From an uncultured Atribacterota bacterium (GTDB lineage: Bacteria > Atribacterota > Atribacteria > Atribacterales > Thermatribacteraceae): a stretch of DNA of 64,000 nucleotides. The position numbers and the translations under genes are program-made. The notes beneath the pieces were generated by a model. That model made no database searches. It was given only the letters and a program-made list of their open reading frames with translations, and was not told the DNA's origin. Shown here one piece after another: positions 8,464-18,549 of the stretch; positions within the stretch are counted from its first letter, which is position 1, and each line of letters starts with the position of its first letter. Location of the stretch: positions 87-64,086 of the forward strand of contig CAZMZG010000003.1 of the NCBI GenBank assembly GCA_964570785.1. Reading direction: 5' to 3'.

Positions 8464-10572
8464 TTAAAAAAGTTGCTGGATTGAGAAATAGCCTTTCCAT
8501 ATTAAGGAGTAATAAAAGTAATTGACAAGCACTTTTTCAAGGTATCCTTTGGTTTCCGAAAAGGGAATACTTTCAAAGAAGAAATCGGGATCGGCTGGAT
8601 ACCTCTGAAGCCATTGTTGTACTCTGCCTGGCCCAGCGTTGTAAGAGCAGATGACTTGAACGAGTTTTTCCTCAAACTGCTTTAAAAGATAATCAAGATA
8701 AGCAACGCCGATGTGGATGTTAATTTCAGGATTAAGTAAGCTTTCCTCGTCGACTGTTTCAAGCGTGAGTTTTGTTTTGCCAGTTTCCAGCATCCACTGT
8801 GCTGTTTGGGGCATGAGTTGAGTAAGTCCCAGGGCCCCTGCCCGGGATTTAATGTTGACCTCGAAGAAGCTTTCAGCACGAATTACCGAAAGCACCAGGT
8901 AAGGGTCCACTCCCCTGAAGAGATGGGTGGCTTTTTCCACTTTTTCTTTGAAGAAGAGGGGATAGAGGTTTCTAAGCAAAATCAAGTTTTGGCCTGCTTG
9001 AGGGAAGTTCTGTTGAAGGTATAAAGCATGGAGAATGGCTTTGCGGTACTCACTTAGACTGATGTAGAGCTTTACGAGCTCAAAATGTAAAAGCTTTACC
9101 GAGGGATTTTTGTAGTGTAAAAAGAGTAGCTCTATTTCTGCGTTTCGGTAAAAACCTTTTTCTTTAAGAAAAAGATAGGTTTCCCAGTGCTTTTCGGCTC
9201 TTTTGAGTTGAGAGGACAAACTCTGGGGATAGTTTTCTATTTCTGGAGGTGGATGATTTTCAATCTTAAAACGTTTCTGAGGGTCATAACCTCTCCGTGT
9301 TAATTCCTGCCAGCTGCGCACGAAGTAGTAGTCAATGTTTCCACCTTCGATGATTTCCCAGAGAAGTTCTGGTTTGTCATTTTTGCTCAGTTTGTAGGAC
9401 CAGAAAAGGACCTGGTTTTTATGCTGCGGGAACTTTTGCAAGCCTTCCAGTGCCTCTTCGATTTGATCAAAGTTGCCTTCCCCGAGAGCCTTGTGGAACC
9501 ATTCAAGGTAAAAAGTGTCCTTGTGAGGGAAAAGCTCCAACGCTTTGTGGAGAACAGTTGAATAGTTTTTGTCGTCTCCCAAGGCCAGGTAACAGGCGAG
9601 GAGATTGAGATAGACACTGAAAAGGTAAGAGGAATGGGGATAATCTTGGAGCAGCTTCTGGTAATGGTTTATAGCTTCCGGGTAGTTTGCAGAACGCTGA
9701 TTTAGAACTCCTCGGTAAAAGAGTAGCATTTCCTGAAAATAGGCTTCCTGGCTATATTTTTCAAGAAGCTCCTGCAGTCCAGATAAGTTGTTTGTGGCGA
9801 GTAAGTACCGTATTTGCAGCACAAGGAAGTTTTCTTCTTGCGAGGGTTTGAGGGTGTGTTTTTTTATTTCTTCGAGTATGCTTCTGGTTTCTTGAAGAAG
9901 GTTCAGAGAAAGTGCGAATGAAGCTAACTCAAGAAGCGAACCCCCAGACAGGGTTTCCAGATTTAATCTAGGGAAAATTTGTGTAAACAGGTCCCTGGTT
10001 GAAGCATATTTTTGCGTGGGGTATTTTTTGAAGATGGTTTTTAAGAGTAGACCTGCTTCATTAGTTTTGCCTTTTTGAAGGAGTGTTTCTACCATCAGTG
10101 CCAGAGATTGCTGGTGCTGTTCATCTGAGAAAGCATACTGCAAAGCTTTTATGTTGTAATTTAGGGCCTGTTGAGGATAACCACTTTTGAGGTATCTTTC
10201 TGCGCTCTGATAGTAGATTGAGAAAAGGAGGGGGGAATTTGGAAAAAACTTTTCGGCAAGCAAGAGCCAGAGAGGGGCTTTTTGTAAGAACGATTTTTCG
10301 GGAAGAGCAAAAAGCCAGAGGTACAGCGCGTGATCGATGCAAAATGGATCTCCTGCTCCAAGGCTTTTTAGAATCAATACTTCAGCCTCATTTACTTTCC
10401 CTTTCTTGATCAGGGAGGCTATTTTCAGAAAGTTTTCTTGATTTACTGCTCTACAGGATGATTTCCAGAAAAAAAGCAGAGTAGCTAAAATTAATAGCGA
10501 AAGAACAATAGTGGTAATCTTTTTTGGGAATGGATAAAGTGAAGACGTTATCATTTTCTTCCTGTTTTTCAT
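8464..10572 (-). CDS. Slt70-like lytic transglycosylase with N-terminal membrane anchor and helical-repeat domain
   Basis: C-terminal AESFFEVNIKSRAGALGLTQLMPQTA and SYNAGPGRV motifs. N-terminal hydrophobic segment. Long alpha-helical repeat region. Confidence 0.8.
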   Translation of the reverse strand: MKNRKKMITSSLYPFPKKITTIVLSLLILATLLFFWKSSCRAVNQENFLKIASLIKKGKVNEAEVLILKSLGAGDPFCIDHALYLWLFALPEKSFLQKAPLWLLLAEKFFPNSPLLFSIYYQSAERYLKSGYPQQALNYNIKALQYAFSDEQHQQSLALMVETLLQKGKTNEAGLLLKTIFKKYPTQKYASTRDLFTQIFPRLNLETLSGGSLLELASFALSLNLLQETRSILEEIKKHTLKPSQEENFLVLQIRYLLATNNLSGLQELLEKYSQEAYFQEMLLFYRGVLNQRSANYPEAINHYQKLLQDYPHSSYLFSVYLNLLACYLALGDDKNYSTVLHKALELFPHKDTFYLEWFHKALGEGNFDQIEEALEGLQKFPQHKNQVLFWSYKLSKNDKPELLWEIIEGGNIDYYFVRSWQELTRRGYDPQKRFKIENHPPPEIENYPQSLSSQLKRAEKHWETYLFLKEKGFYRNAEIELLFLHYKNPSVKLLHFELVKLYISLSEYRKAILHALYLQQNFPQAGQNLILLRNLYPLFFKEKVEKATHLFRGVDPYLVLSVIRAESFFEVNIKSRAGALGLTQLMPQTAQWMLETGKTKLTLETVDEESLLNPEINIHIGVAYLDYLLKQFEEKLVQVICSYNAGPGRVQQWLQRYPADPDFFFESIPFSETKGYLEKVLVNYFYYSLIWKGYFSIQQLF

Positions 10573-10623
10573 TTTGAGTTATGATAACATGTTAATCAGG
10601 GGTTGCAAAGGGGATGGAGAGTT

Positions 10624-12375
10624 ATGAGAAACCAGGAAGTGGCTAGGGTGCTTCGGGACATAGCTACTCTTCTCGAAATCAAAGGTGAGAATCGCTTTAG
10701 AGTGGTTGCTCATGAAGAGGCTGCACGACGTATAGAGTCTTGGCCAGAGCCGATTGAAGAAGTGTGGCGGAAGGGCGAGCTTACCAAAATACCAGGCATT
10801 GGGGCAAGTATTGCTGCGAAGATTTCAGAGTACCTGCAAACAGGAAAAATGCAATACCTTGAGGAACTGACCCGGGAAGTACCTCCTGAGTTAATAGAAC
10901 TAACCAGGGTTCCGGGGGTTGGCCCCAAGCTTGCCAAATTGCTTTACGAAGAACTGGGAATAAAAAGCCTGGAAGAGCTGGAGAGGGCAATAGCTGAGCA
11001 AAAACTACGGAATCTCCCCCGTTTGGGGGTCAAAAGCGAGGAAAAAATTAAAAAAGGTCTTGAGATGTTGAAGCGTCAAAAAGGGAGAATGCTTCTTGGC
11101 CAGGTCCTTCCGGTTGTTGAAGAAATCGTAGCCCTGCTTAAGGAAAAAACCGGTGTTGAAAACGTAAGCCCTGCAGGTAGTGTACGCCGCATGAAGGAGA
11201 CTATAGGAGATATAGATATTCTGGTGGCCAGTTCTCAGGCAGAAAAAATAATGGACGTGTTTGTCGCTTTGCCCCTGGTAAGGGAGGTTCTTGCCAAGGG
11301 AGCTACCAAGTCGAGCGTTGTGCTTCATGATGGATTGCAGGTTGACCTGAGGGTGGTGGAGCCGATTTCTTTTGGGGCAGCGCTTCAGTATTTTACCGGT
11401 TCAAAAGCTCATAATATCAGATTGCGAGAGATTGCGATCAAGAAAGGTCTTAAGGTGAATGAATACGGAGTTTTCAAGATAGACAATGGCCAGCGAGTGG
11501 GTGGAGAAAGGGAGGAGGAGATTTATGAGATTTTGGGGATGGAGTGGATTCCACCGGAGTTACGCGAGGATCAGGGAGAAATCGAGGCTGCGCTCGAAAA
11601 GAGACTGCCGGTTTTGATAGAGCTTTCAGATATCAAGGGAGATTTGCATGTGCATTCTCGCTGGAGTGATGGATTGAACTCTATAGAAGAAATGGCCGAA
11701 GCAGCCTTGAAAAGAGGTTACCAGTATCTTGCTATTTGTGATCACACTCAGTCTCTTGCAGTCGCTTCTGGACTTGGTCCTGAAGAACTAAGAGAGCGGA
11801 GCAAAGAAATTCAGAGATGGAACACTGAAGGGAGAGGGCTTTTACTCCTTTCAGGTGTGGAAGTAAACATATTGAGCGACGGTTCTCTGGATCTTTCTCA
11901 GGAAAACCTCTCGGAACTCGATGTGGTAATAGGAGGCTTGCATTCGGGATTGAACCAGTCAAAAGATAAAATAATGATGCGTCTTCAAAAGGCTATGTAC
12001 AATCCTTATGTTCAGGTAATCAGCCATCCTACGGGAAGACTCATCAATAAGAGAGAAGCTTACAATGTGGATCTGGATAAGTTGCTGGCATTGGCAATCC
12101 ATACGGGTACCTTCCTGGAGATAAATGCCCAGCCGGAGCGTCTGGATCTGCGTGATATAGATGCTCGCAAGGCTAAAGAGAGTTTCGGTCTAAGGATGAT
12201 TATCTCTACCGATGCTCACGAACCCAAATCTCTGGACTACATGCGTTTGGGAGTAGCCCAGGCCAGAAGAGCCTGGCTTACTGCTGAAGACGTTTTAAAC
12301 ACTTACAACCTGGAAAAACTTCTGGACTATTTGTCTCGGAAGAGAAAAACCAGGGCAAAAAGTATTCCTGGTTGA
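10624..12375 (+). CDS. polX: Family X DNA polymerase with C-terminal PHP phosphoesterase domain
   Basis: HhH motifs (IPGIGASIAAKI, VPGVGPKLAKLL), GSVRRMKETIGDIDILV nucleotidyltransferase motif, PHP DLHVHSRWSDG. ATG 10624 preferred over TTG 10603. Confidence 0.9.
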   Translation: MRNQEVARVLRDIATLLEIKGENRFRVVAHEEAARRIESWPEPIEEVWRKGELTKIPGIGASIAAKISEYLQTGKMQYLEELTREVPPELIELTRVPGVGPKLAKLLYEELGIKSLEELERAIAEQKLRNLPRLGVKSEEKIKKGLEMLKRQKGRMLLGQVLPVVEEIVALLKEKTGVENVSPAGSVRRMKETIGDIDILVASSQAEKIMDVFVALPLVREVLAKGATKSSVVLHDGLQVDLRVVEPISFGAALQYFTGSKAHNIRLREIAIKKGLKVNEYGVFKIDNGQRVGGEREEEIYEILGMEWIPPELREDQGEIEAALEKRLPVLIELSDIKGDLHVHSRWSDGLNSIEEMAEAALKRGYQYLAICDHTQSLAVASGLGPEELRERSKEIQRWNTEGRGLLLLSGVEVNILSDGSLDLSQENLSELDVVIGGLHSGLNQSKDKIMMRLQKAMYNPYVQVISHPTGRLINKREAYNVDLDKLLALAIHTGTFLEINAQPERLDLRDIDARKAKESFGLRMIISTDAHEPKSLDYMRLGVAQARRAWLTAEDVLNTYNLEKLLDYLSRKRKTRAKSIPG

Positions 12376-14103
12376 TCAGGTTTCTCGGAAGCGATTAGTT
12401 ATGGGCATTCTCCAGTCTTTGCCGAAAGCACGAGTTGATATTTTTATACCCACTGGGGCCTGTTTTCTTTTGTATTCGCTTTTTCTGAGCATTTCAATGG
12501 TTTGTAGGATGATATTCCTTGCAAAACCCTTATCCACTATTTCTTCAGGATCGAGGTTTTCCTCAATATAGTATTTCAAAATTTCGTCAAGAACTTCGTA
12601 AGGGGGTAGCTTTTCCTGATCGGTCTGGTTGGGCCTGAGTTCGGCTGAGGGAGCTTTTTCGAAGACCCTTTTGGGGATAATTGCTGCTCCTTTTTTTCGG
12701 TTGTACCATCTGCCTATGCGATATACATCAGTTTTGTAAACGTCTTTTATAACAGCGAGGCCCCCTGCCATGTCGCCGTAAAGAGTTGCGTAACCGGTAG
12801 CCATTTCGCTTTTGTTACCAGTGGTGAGCACCAGCCACCCGAACTTGTTGGATAGGGCCATCAGATAGTTGCCTCTGATTCTGGCCTGTATGTTTTCCTC
12901 TGTGGTGTCAGGGCTTGCTTTCTTAAAGGCCTCCTCCAGGACCTTAAGGTAAGATTCAAAAACCCTGTCTATGGGAATGGTTAGCATCTCTATTTTCAAG
13001 TTTCGAGCTAACTGATGGGCATCTTCAAGACTTTCTTGCGAAGTATAAGGAGAGGGCATAAGAACTCCTTTAACGTTTTCGCTACCCAGGGCTTCTGTGG
13101 CTATAGTGGCTACCAGAGAAGAATCCATCCCTCCGCTCAAACCAACTACCACCTTTTTAAAGCCATTTTTCCTTACGTAGTCTCTTACTCCAGTGACCAG
13201 GCCTTTAAAGATTTCTTCTTCTCTTTCCAGTGAAGAACCGGGTTTTTTTGGATATCTCTCCTTTTTGGGTTTTGGGGATGGTAACTCCAAAACCTTGAAA
13301 GGAAGATTCTGGGGGGATATGTATCTTCGTCTGGGGTCCAGGAGGTTTATCCTGAGGTTTTCATCGAGGTCGATATCTATGGTGGCTATTTCTTCTGCGA
13401 AGGTTTCTCCCCTGAGTACGAGTTTTCCATTGGGATTACTCACTAAGCTTGTTCCGTCAAAAAGCAGCTCATCCTGTCCTCCTACCATGTTGCAGTAAGC
13501 GATAGCTACGTGGTAGTCATAAGCTTTCATAGAAAGGTATTTTGCCCTGAGGAGGGGCTTGCCGATGTGGTAGGGCGAAGCTGAGATGTTAGCTACAAGA
13601 TGCACACCGTAGCCCAGGGTTAATGAAGCCAGTGGTTCTGCAGGGTTCCATATGTCTTCACAGATGGTGATGCCTATTTTTATTTCTCCCATTTTTAAAA
13701 TCATCATTTCCTGGCCAGGTTTGAAGTATCGATGCTCGTCGAAAACTCCATAGTTGGGGAGGGAAAGCTTGTGGTAAATACCCAGAATTTTGCCGTCCTG
13801 GATTACGGCTGCCGAGTTGTAGGCATCTTCCTGGCAGTCTATAAACCCAACTATTGTAGTCACCTGCTTACCATTGCTGAAGGAGGCAAGCTCTTCCAGC
13901 GAGGCCCGGTTTTCCTTGAGAAAGGAAAGTTTAAGCATGAGGTCTTCGGGTGGATAGCCTGAGAGAAACAGCTCAGGAAGCAGCAAAAGATCGCTCTCCC
14001 TTTGCTCTGCTACCTCCAGAGCCCTCTTGGCTTTTTCGAGGTTTCCCTGGAAATCTCCTAAGATAGGATTCAGTTGGGCAAGGGTTACTCTCAGCTTTTT
14101 CAA
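12376..14103 (-). CDS. nadE: Glutamine-dependent NAD+ synthetase (CN-hydrolase + PP-loop domains)
   Basis: N-terminal nitrilase-like domain (ITICEDIW) and C-terminal GLSGGMDSS PP-loop. TTG start with AAGGGG SD. Confidence 0.9.
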   Translation of the reverse strand: MKKLRVTLAQLNPILGDFQGNLEKAKRALEVAEQRESDLLLLPELFLSGYPPEDLMLKLSFLKENRASLEELASFSNGKQVTTIVGFIDCQEDAYNSAAVIQDGKILGIYHKLSLPNYGVFDEHRYFKPGQEMMILKMGEIKIGITICEDIWNPAEPLASLTLGYGVHLVANISASPYHIGKPLLRAKYLSMKAYDYHVAIAYCNMVGGQDELLFDGTSLVSNPNGKLVLRGETFAEEIATIDIDLDENLRINLLDPRRRYISPQNLPFKVLELPSPKPKKERYPKKPGSSLEREEEIFKGLVTGVRDYVRKNGFKKVVVGLSGGMDSSLVATIATEALGSENVKGVLMPSPYTSQESLEDAHQLARNLKIEMLTIPIDRVFESYLKVLEEAFKKASPDTTEENIQARIRGNYLMALSNKFGWLVLTTGNKSEMATGYATLYGDMAGGLAVIKDVYKTDVYRIGRWYNRKKGAAIIPKRVFEKAPSAELRPNQTDQEKLPPYEVLDEILKYYIEENLDPEEIVDKGFARNIILQTIEMLRKSEYKRKQAPVGIKISTRAFGKDWRMPITNRFRET

Positions 14104-14212
14104 GACTCATAACCCCTTTTGTACTCTTTCTATGAACTTATACACTATTTTTGTGGTTTTGGCAATTTGGAGGTAAACAGCCTAATGAGGTGGCGGGTGA
14201 GTCATTATTTAA

Positions 14213-14242
14213 TTGACTTTCTTCTCAGGCTTGGGGTATTAT
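14213..14242 (+). promoter_or_regulatory. Putative sigma70-type promoter for leuCD-glyA
   Basis: TTGACT (14213-14218), 18-nt spacer, TATTAT (14237-14242), about 45 nt upstream of the leuC start. Confidence 0.45.
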
Positions 14243-14286
14243 TTGGGAAACGCTAAGTGGAGGATTGGAAGCAAGGAGCGATGAAA

Positions 14287-15543
14287 ATGGGTAAGACAAT
14301 GGCTGAAAAAATTTTCGAATTAAAAAGCGGTAAAGCGGTAAAGGCTGGGGACCTGGTAATTGCTTCGGTTGATTTTGCGATGGGGCAGGATGGTACTACT
14401 CCGCTGGCCATCCGTTCATTTCAGGAGATGGAGGGTAAGAGCGTTTTTGATCCGCAAAGAATCGCTTTTATTATAGACCACAATGCCCCCAGCCCTCTGG
14501 AATCGGTATCCCGCCTTCATGATTTAATGCGTGAGTTTGCTCATGCTTTCGGTATTAGAGTTTTTGACGTGGGTTGGGGAGTTTGTCACGAACTTATGGT
14601 TGCTCAAGGGCTGGTAATGCCTGGAGATCTGGTGGTGGGTGCTGATTCTCACACCTGCACTTATGGGGCAATAGGGGCTTTTTCCACCGGGATTGGCAGC
14701 ACAGAGCTGGCTGCGGTAATGATTTCGGGAAAGCTCTGGTTTAAAGTTCCCGAAACCATTAAGGTTAATTTTGCAGGCCATCTGCCCGAAGGCGTTTATT
14801 CCAAGGACTTGATTCTTTATCTGGCTGGGAAAATGGGCGCTGATGGTGCAACTTATAAAGCGCTTGAATTTCATGGCTCGGTGATTGAGCAGCTCGAAGT
14901 AGAGGAGCGCCTTACTATATCCAACATGGCAGTGGAAGTGGGTGCCAAAGCTGGCCTTATGCCGCCTGACGAGAAAACCCTGACCTGGGTTAAAAAGCGG
15001 GCACAAAGACCTTTTGAGCCAGTTTACCCGGATGCTTCGGCTCAGTATGCAGAGACCATTGAAATTGATTGCTCACAACTTGTGCCTCAGGTGGCATTGC
15101 CGCACAGAGTGGACAACGTGAAGCCAGTTAATGAAGTGGAGGGTCTTCCTGTTAAGGAAGTGTTTATCGGGACCTGTACCAACGGACGGGCGGTAGACAT
15201 TGAAGTTGTCGCTTCCATTTTGAAAGGGCGAAAAGTGCACCCCGAAGTTCGCCTTATTGTGGCACCTGCTTCGAGAGAAATCCTGGTGCAGGCAATTCGT
15301 GAAGGATGGGCCGAGACCATTGTTGAGGCAGGGGGTACGCTGGTTACTCCGGGTTGTGGACCCTGTGTTGGAACCCATCAGGGGGTGCCTGGTGATGGCT
15401 GGAATGTTGTATCCACAGCAAACAGGAATTTTAAGGGCAGGATGGGTAACAACAAGGCATTCATTTATCTTGCTTCTCCTGCTACCTGTGCTGCTTCGGC
15501 AATTGAAGGTAAGATCGCTGATCCCAGAAAGTACTTGAGGTGA
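14287..15543 (+). CDS. leuC: Aconitase-family dehydratase large subunit (3-isopropylmalate / homoaconitate / citramalate isomerase type)
   Basis: GADSHTCTYGA, GTCTNGR and GCGPCVG Fe-S ligand motifs. AAGGAG SD 9 nt before ATG 14287; ATG 14281 is also possible. Confidence 0.85.
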   Translation: MGKTMAEKIFELKSGKAVKAGDLVIASVDFAMGQDGTTPLAIRSFQEMEGKSVFDPQRIAFIIDHNAPSPLESVSRLHDLMREFAHAFGIRVFDVGWGVCHELMVAQGLVMPGDLVVGADSHTCTYGAIGAFSTGIGSTELAAVMISGKLWFKVPETIKVNFAGHLPEGVYSKDLILYLAGKMGADGATYKALEFHGSVIEQLEVEERLTISNMAVEVGAKAGLMPPDEKTLTWVKKRAQRPFEPVYPDASAQYAETIEIDCSQLVPQVALPHRVDNVKPVNEVEGLPVKEVFIGTCTNGRAVDIEVVASILKGRKVHPEVRLIVAPASREILVQAIREGWAETIVEAGGTLVTPGCGPCVGTHQGVPGDGWNVVSTANRNFKGRMGNNKAFIYLASPATCAASAIEGKIADPRKYLR

Positions 15544-15548
15544 TTGTG

Positions 15549-16049
15549 ATGAAATTAAAAGGTAAAGTGCATAAATTTGGAGACGATATTAATACTGATT
15601 ACATTATTTCTGGTAAGTACAAGTTTAAAACTCTGGACATGCAGGAGCTTGCCAAACATGTTATGGAGGATATCGACCCGGATTTTTATAAGAAGGTTTC
15701 TCCGGGGGATTTCATCGTTGCAGGTAAGAATTTTGGTTGCGGCTCTTCCCGGGAACAGGCTCCTCGAGCTCTTTTGGCCAGCGGTATAAAGGGTGTTCTG
15801 GCCAAATCATTTGCTCGTATCTTTTTCCGTAACGCCATTAATTGCGGTTTGCTTGTTTTGGAGTGTGATACCTCTCCTATTGAAGCTGGGGATGAGTTGG
15901 AGGTGGACCTGAAACAAGGTCTGGTTGTAGACCTCAGTCGTAACCTGGAAATAAAGACTCAGCCTCTTCCAGGGGTTATGATTCGCATTTTGGGAGAAGG
16001 CGGATTGGTGCCTTATTTTAAGAAATATGGCTCTTTTCAGGGGGTTTAG
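15549..16049 (+). CDS. leuD: Aconitase-family dehydratase small subunit
   Basis: GKNFGCGSSREQAP motif. ATG 15549 sits 6 nt after GAGGTGA, which spans the leuC stop. Confidence 0.85.
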   Translation: MKLKGKVHKFGDDINTDYIISGKYKFKTLDMQELAKHVMEDIDPDFYKKVSPGDFIVAGKNFGCGSSREQAPRALLASGIKGVLAKSFARIFFRNAINCGLLVLECDTSPIEAGDELEVDLKQGLVVDLSRNLEIKTQPLPGVMIRILGEGGLVPYFKKYGSFQGV

Positions 16050-16058
16050 AAACGACTT

Positions 16059-17315
16059 ATGTGGTCAAAACTTAGAACTACGGATCCCGAAGTATACAAA
16101 TGGGTGGTAAAAGAGCTGGAAAGACAACGCGACAAGCTGGAGCTCATAGCTTCTGAGAACTTTACCAGTATTGCGGTTCTTGAAACCCAGGGTAGCGTAT
16201 TGACCAACAAATATGCCGAGGGTTACCCAGCGAGACGCTACTACGGTGGGTGTGAATTTGTAGACCAGGTTGAACGGCTGGCCATAGATCGAGCAAAAGC
16301 CCTTTTTGAAGCCGAGCATGCTAATGTGCAGCCTCATTCTGGTTCGCAGGCCAACATGGCAGTTTACCTGGCGACTCTTAAATATGGCGATGTGGTTATG
16401 GGGATGGATCTGGCTCACGGGGGGCACCTTACCCATGGTAGTCCGGTTAACTTCTCTGGAAAATGGTATCGCTTTGTTCCCTACGGGGTTTCTCCTGATA
16501 CAGAGACTATAGATTATGACCAGCTGGAAGAAAAAGCTAAAGAAGTGAAACCCCGAATGATTATAGCCGGGGCGAGTGCCTATCCACGTTTTATAGACTT
16601 TGAGCACTTGCGCTCCATTTGTGATGAAGTGGGTGCTCTCCTAATGGTGGATATGGCCCATATTGCAGGTCTGGTAGCCACTTCTCTCCATCCCAATCCC
16701 TGTCCGCATGCTCACTTGGTTACTACGACCACCCATAAGACTCTCCGTGGGCCTCGGGGAGGGATGATACTCTGTAAGGAAGAATTTGCAAAAGCAGTTG
16801 ACAAGGCAGTTTTTCCTGGTACCCAGGGGGGTCCTTTGATGCATGTCATTGCTGCTAAGGCGGTGGCCCTTAAAGAAGCTGCAACACCTGAGTTCGTGGA
16901 CTATCAGAAGCAGGTTGTTAAAAATGCCAAATCGCTTGCCAAGGCTTTACAGGAGAGGGGTTATCGTTTGGTTTCCGGAGGCACTGATAATCACCTTTTG
17001 CTGGTAGACCTGAGAAATATTGGAATTACTGGTAGAGAGGCAGAGCTTATCTTGGATCAGGTAGGTATTACAGTAAACAAGAATGCCATTCCTTTTGATC
17101 CCCATAAACCTACGGTAACCAGCGGTATCAGGCTGGGCACTCCAGCTTGTACTTCTCGAGGTATGAAGGAAGAGGAAATGCAGCTTATAGCCGAGTTAAT
17201 TGACCGAGCGCTGCGAGGAAGAAGCTGCGAAATGACTTTGCAAAAGATTAAAGAGGAAGTACGCAGCCTTTGTAATCGCTTTCCACTTTATCCAGAGTTG
17301 GCTGTTGAGGAATAA
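16059..17315 (+). CDS. glyA: Serine hydroxymethyltransferase
   Basis: [17 protein letters not shown]-lysine motif; full-length 418 aa. Confidence 0.97.
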   Translation: MWSKLRTTDPEVYKWVVKELERQRDKLELIASENFTSIAVLETQGSVLTNKYAEGYPARRYYGGCEFVDQVERLAIDRAKALFEAEHANVQPHSGSQANMAVYLATLKYGDVVMGMDLAHGGHLTHGSPVNFSGKWYRFVPYGVSPDTETIDYDQLEEKAKEVKPRMIIAGASAYPRFIDFEHLRSICDEVGALLMVDMAHIAGLVATSLHPNPCPHAHLVTTTTHKTLRGPRGGMILCKEEFAKAVDKAVFPGTQGGPLMHVIAAKAVALKEAATPEFVDYQKQVVKNAKSLAKALQERGYRLVSGGTDNHLLLVDLRNIGITGREAELILDQVGITVNKNAIPFDPHKPTVTSGIRLGTPACTSRGMKEEEMQLIAELIDRALRGRSCEMTLQKIKEEVRSLCNRFPLYPELAVEE

Positions 17316-17384
17316 GAGTTGAGGCTTTTGGTTTTACTTGACAAAACAAGACAAGATTTCAAGATTTAGAGGGAGGTTCATTTT

Positions 17385-17603
17385 GTGAGAGAACGTGTTG
17401 AGAAAGCCCTGGAAAAAGTAAGACAATATTTACAGTTTGAAGGTGGAGACGTTGAGTTGGTAGGCATTGAGAATGGTGTGGTGAAAGTTCGTTTAAAGGG
17501 GATGTGTAGTTCCTGTCCCATGTCCTATATAACCCTGAAAGATGGTATTGAGAGAGTAGTCAAGGAAGAAGTTCCCGAAGTAAAGTCCGTTGAAGCGGTT
17601 TAG
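17385..17603 (+). CDS. NifU C-terminal (Nfu-type) Fe-S scaffold domain protein
   Basis: 72 aa with a CSSCPMS CxxC motif. GTG start after GGAGG. Confidence 0.75.
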   Translation: MRERVEKALEKVRQYLQFEGGDVELVGIENGVVKVRLKGMCSSCPMSYITLKDGIERVVKEEVPEVKSVEAV

Positions 17604-17612
17604 GGAATTTGT

Positions 17613-17652
17613 AAAGAAAGGGGCTGAGAAAACTTTCTCAGCCCCTTTCTTT
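17613..17652. terminator. Bidirectional intrinsic terminator (perfect 19-nt inverted repeat) between nfu and the FNT gene
   Basis: AAAGAAAGGGGCTGAGAAA / TTTCTCAGCCCCTTTCTTT arms. The right arm overlaps the last codons of the minus-strand FNT gene. Confidence 0.75.
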
Positions 17653-18468
17653 AAGCCAGTACAGAAGACCTACCATTACCACTCCGCCCACTATGTTGCC
17701 CAAGGTTACAGGGGTTAGATTATTTGCGATGCCTAACAAGGTTATTGGTGTACTGGTATCTTGCAGGGTGTTCTGGGCAAAAGCCCCCGCTAAGAGAAAA
17801 TACATGTTAGCTACGCTGTGCTCATAACCAAGTGCTACAAAAGTGGCAATGGGTCCAGGAATAACCAGCAACCGGGTAAGGTTGTTCTCTGCATAGATAC
17901 AAAGCAACACCGCTAAACATACTAGCCAGTTACAAAGTATACCTCTTGCGAAGGCTTGGGTAAAAGGAATTTGAGTTTTGATGAGCGCTATCTGATATGC
18001 ATGCTGTGCTATCACTCCTCCGCTTTGATTGAGGAGTCCGGTTGAAGCATAAATCCCGGCTAAAAGGGCGGATCCTACAAAGTTACCCAGATATACCAGA
18101 CCCCAGGTCTTGAAGGTTCTTGTGATACGGTTTTTGAAGGTGAAGCAGGAGTAACTAAGCAAGCAGTGGCCGGTAAATAGCTCTGCTTTCCCCAGTACGA
18201 CCAGAATCAGTCCTACCGAAAAAACTGTCCCCCCCAGAAGCTGCTTGACTCCGGTTGTAAGCGCAGCAGTGGTTACTAAAGTAAATAGTTGCGAAGCAAA
18301 TCCTATGTAAGACCCTGCCAGAATGGCTCCAATGAAAAGGGATAAATAATTTTTCTGAAGCTTGTTTTCACACCAGATATGAAGGGCATCCATTAATCGA
18401 ACCTCCTTTGGGGCGATTTTTGGTTGAAATTTATTAAAATAATAATATAATTTTTCTATAAAATCCAA
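17638..18468 (-). CDS. Formate/nitrite transporter (FNT) family channel
   Basis: 276-aa ORF with six hydrophobic segments and FocA/NirC-like sequence (AELFTGH..., GNIVGG near the C-terminus). Confidence 0.85.
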   Translation of the reverse strand: MDFIEKLYYYFNKFQPKIAPKEVRLMDALHIWCENKLQKNYLSLFIGAILAGSYIGFASQLFTLVTTAALTTGVKQLLGGTVFSVGLILVVLGKAELFTGHCLLSYSCFTFKNRITRTFKTWGLVYLGNFVGSALLAGIYASTGLLNQSGGVIAQHAYQIALIKTQIPFTQAFARGILCNWLVCLAVLLCIYAENNLTRLLVIPGPIATFVALGYEHSVANMYFLLAGAFAQNTLQDTSTPITLLGIANNLTPVTLGNIVGGVVMVGLLYWLKERG

Positions 18469-18493
18469 AAATTATAGTTTTTTTAAAAGTAAT

Positions 18494-18523
18494 TTGTTAA
18501 AATTGGATGCAGAGGGCTATTTA
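18494..18523 (+). promoter_or_regulatory. Putative promoter of the corrinoid-protein gene
   Basis: TTGTTA (18494-18499), 18-nt spacer, TATTTA (18518-18523). Overlaps the shared CAGAGGGCTATT motif. Confidence 0.35.
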
Positions 18524-18549
18524 TTCTAAGAGAGGGAGGGTAAGGTAAG

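Noticed and set aside
16065-16607. 180-aa minus-strand ORF
   Set aside because: It is antisense to glyA, whose identity is unambiguous. Typical shadow ORF.
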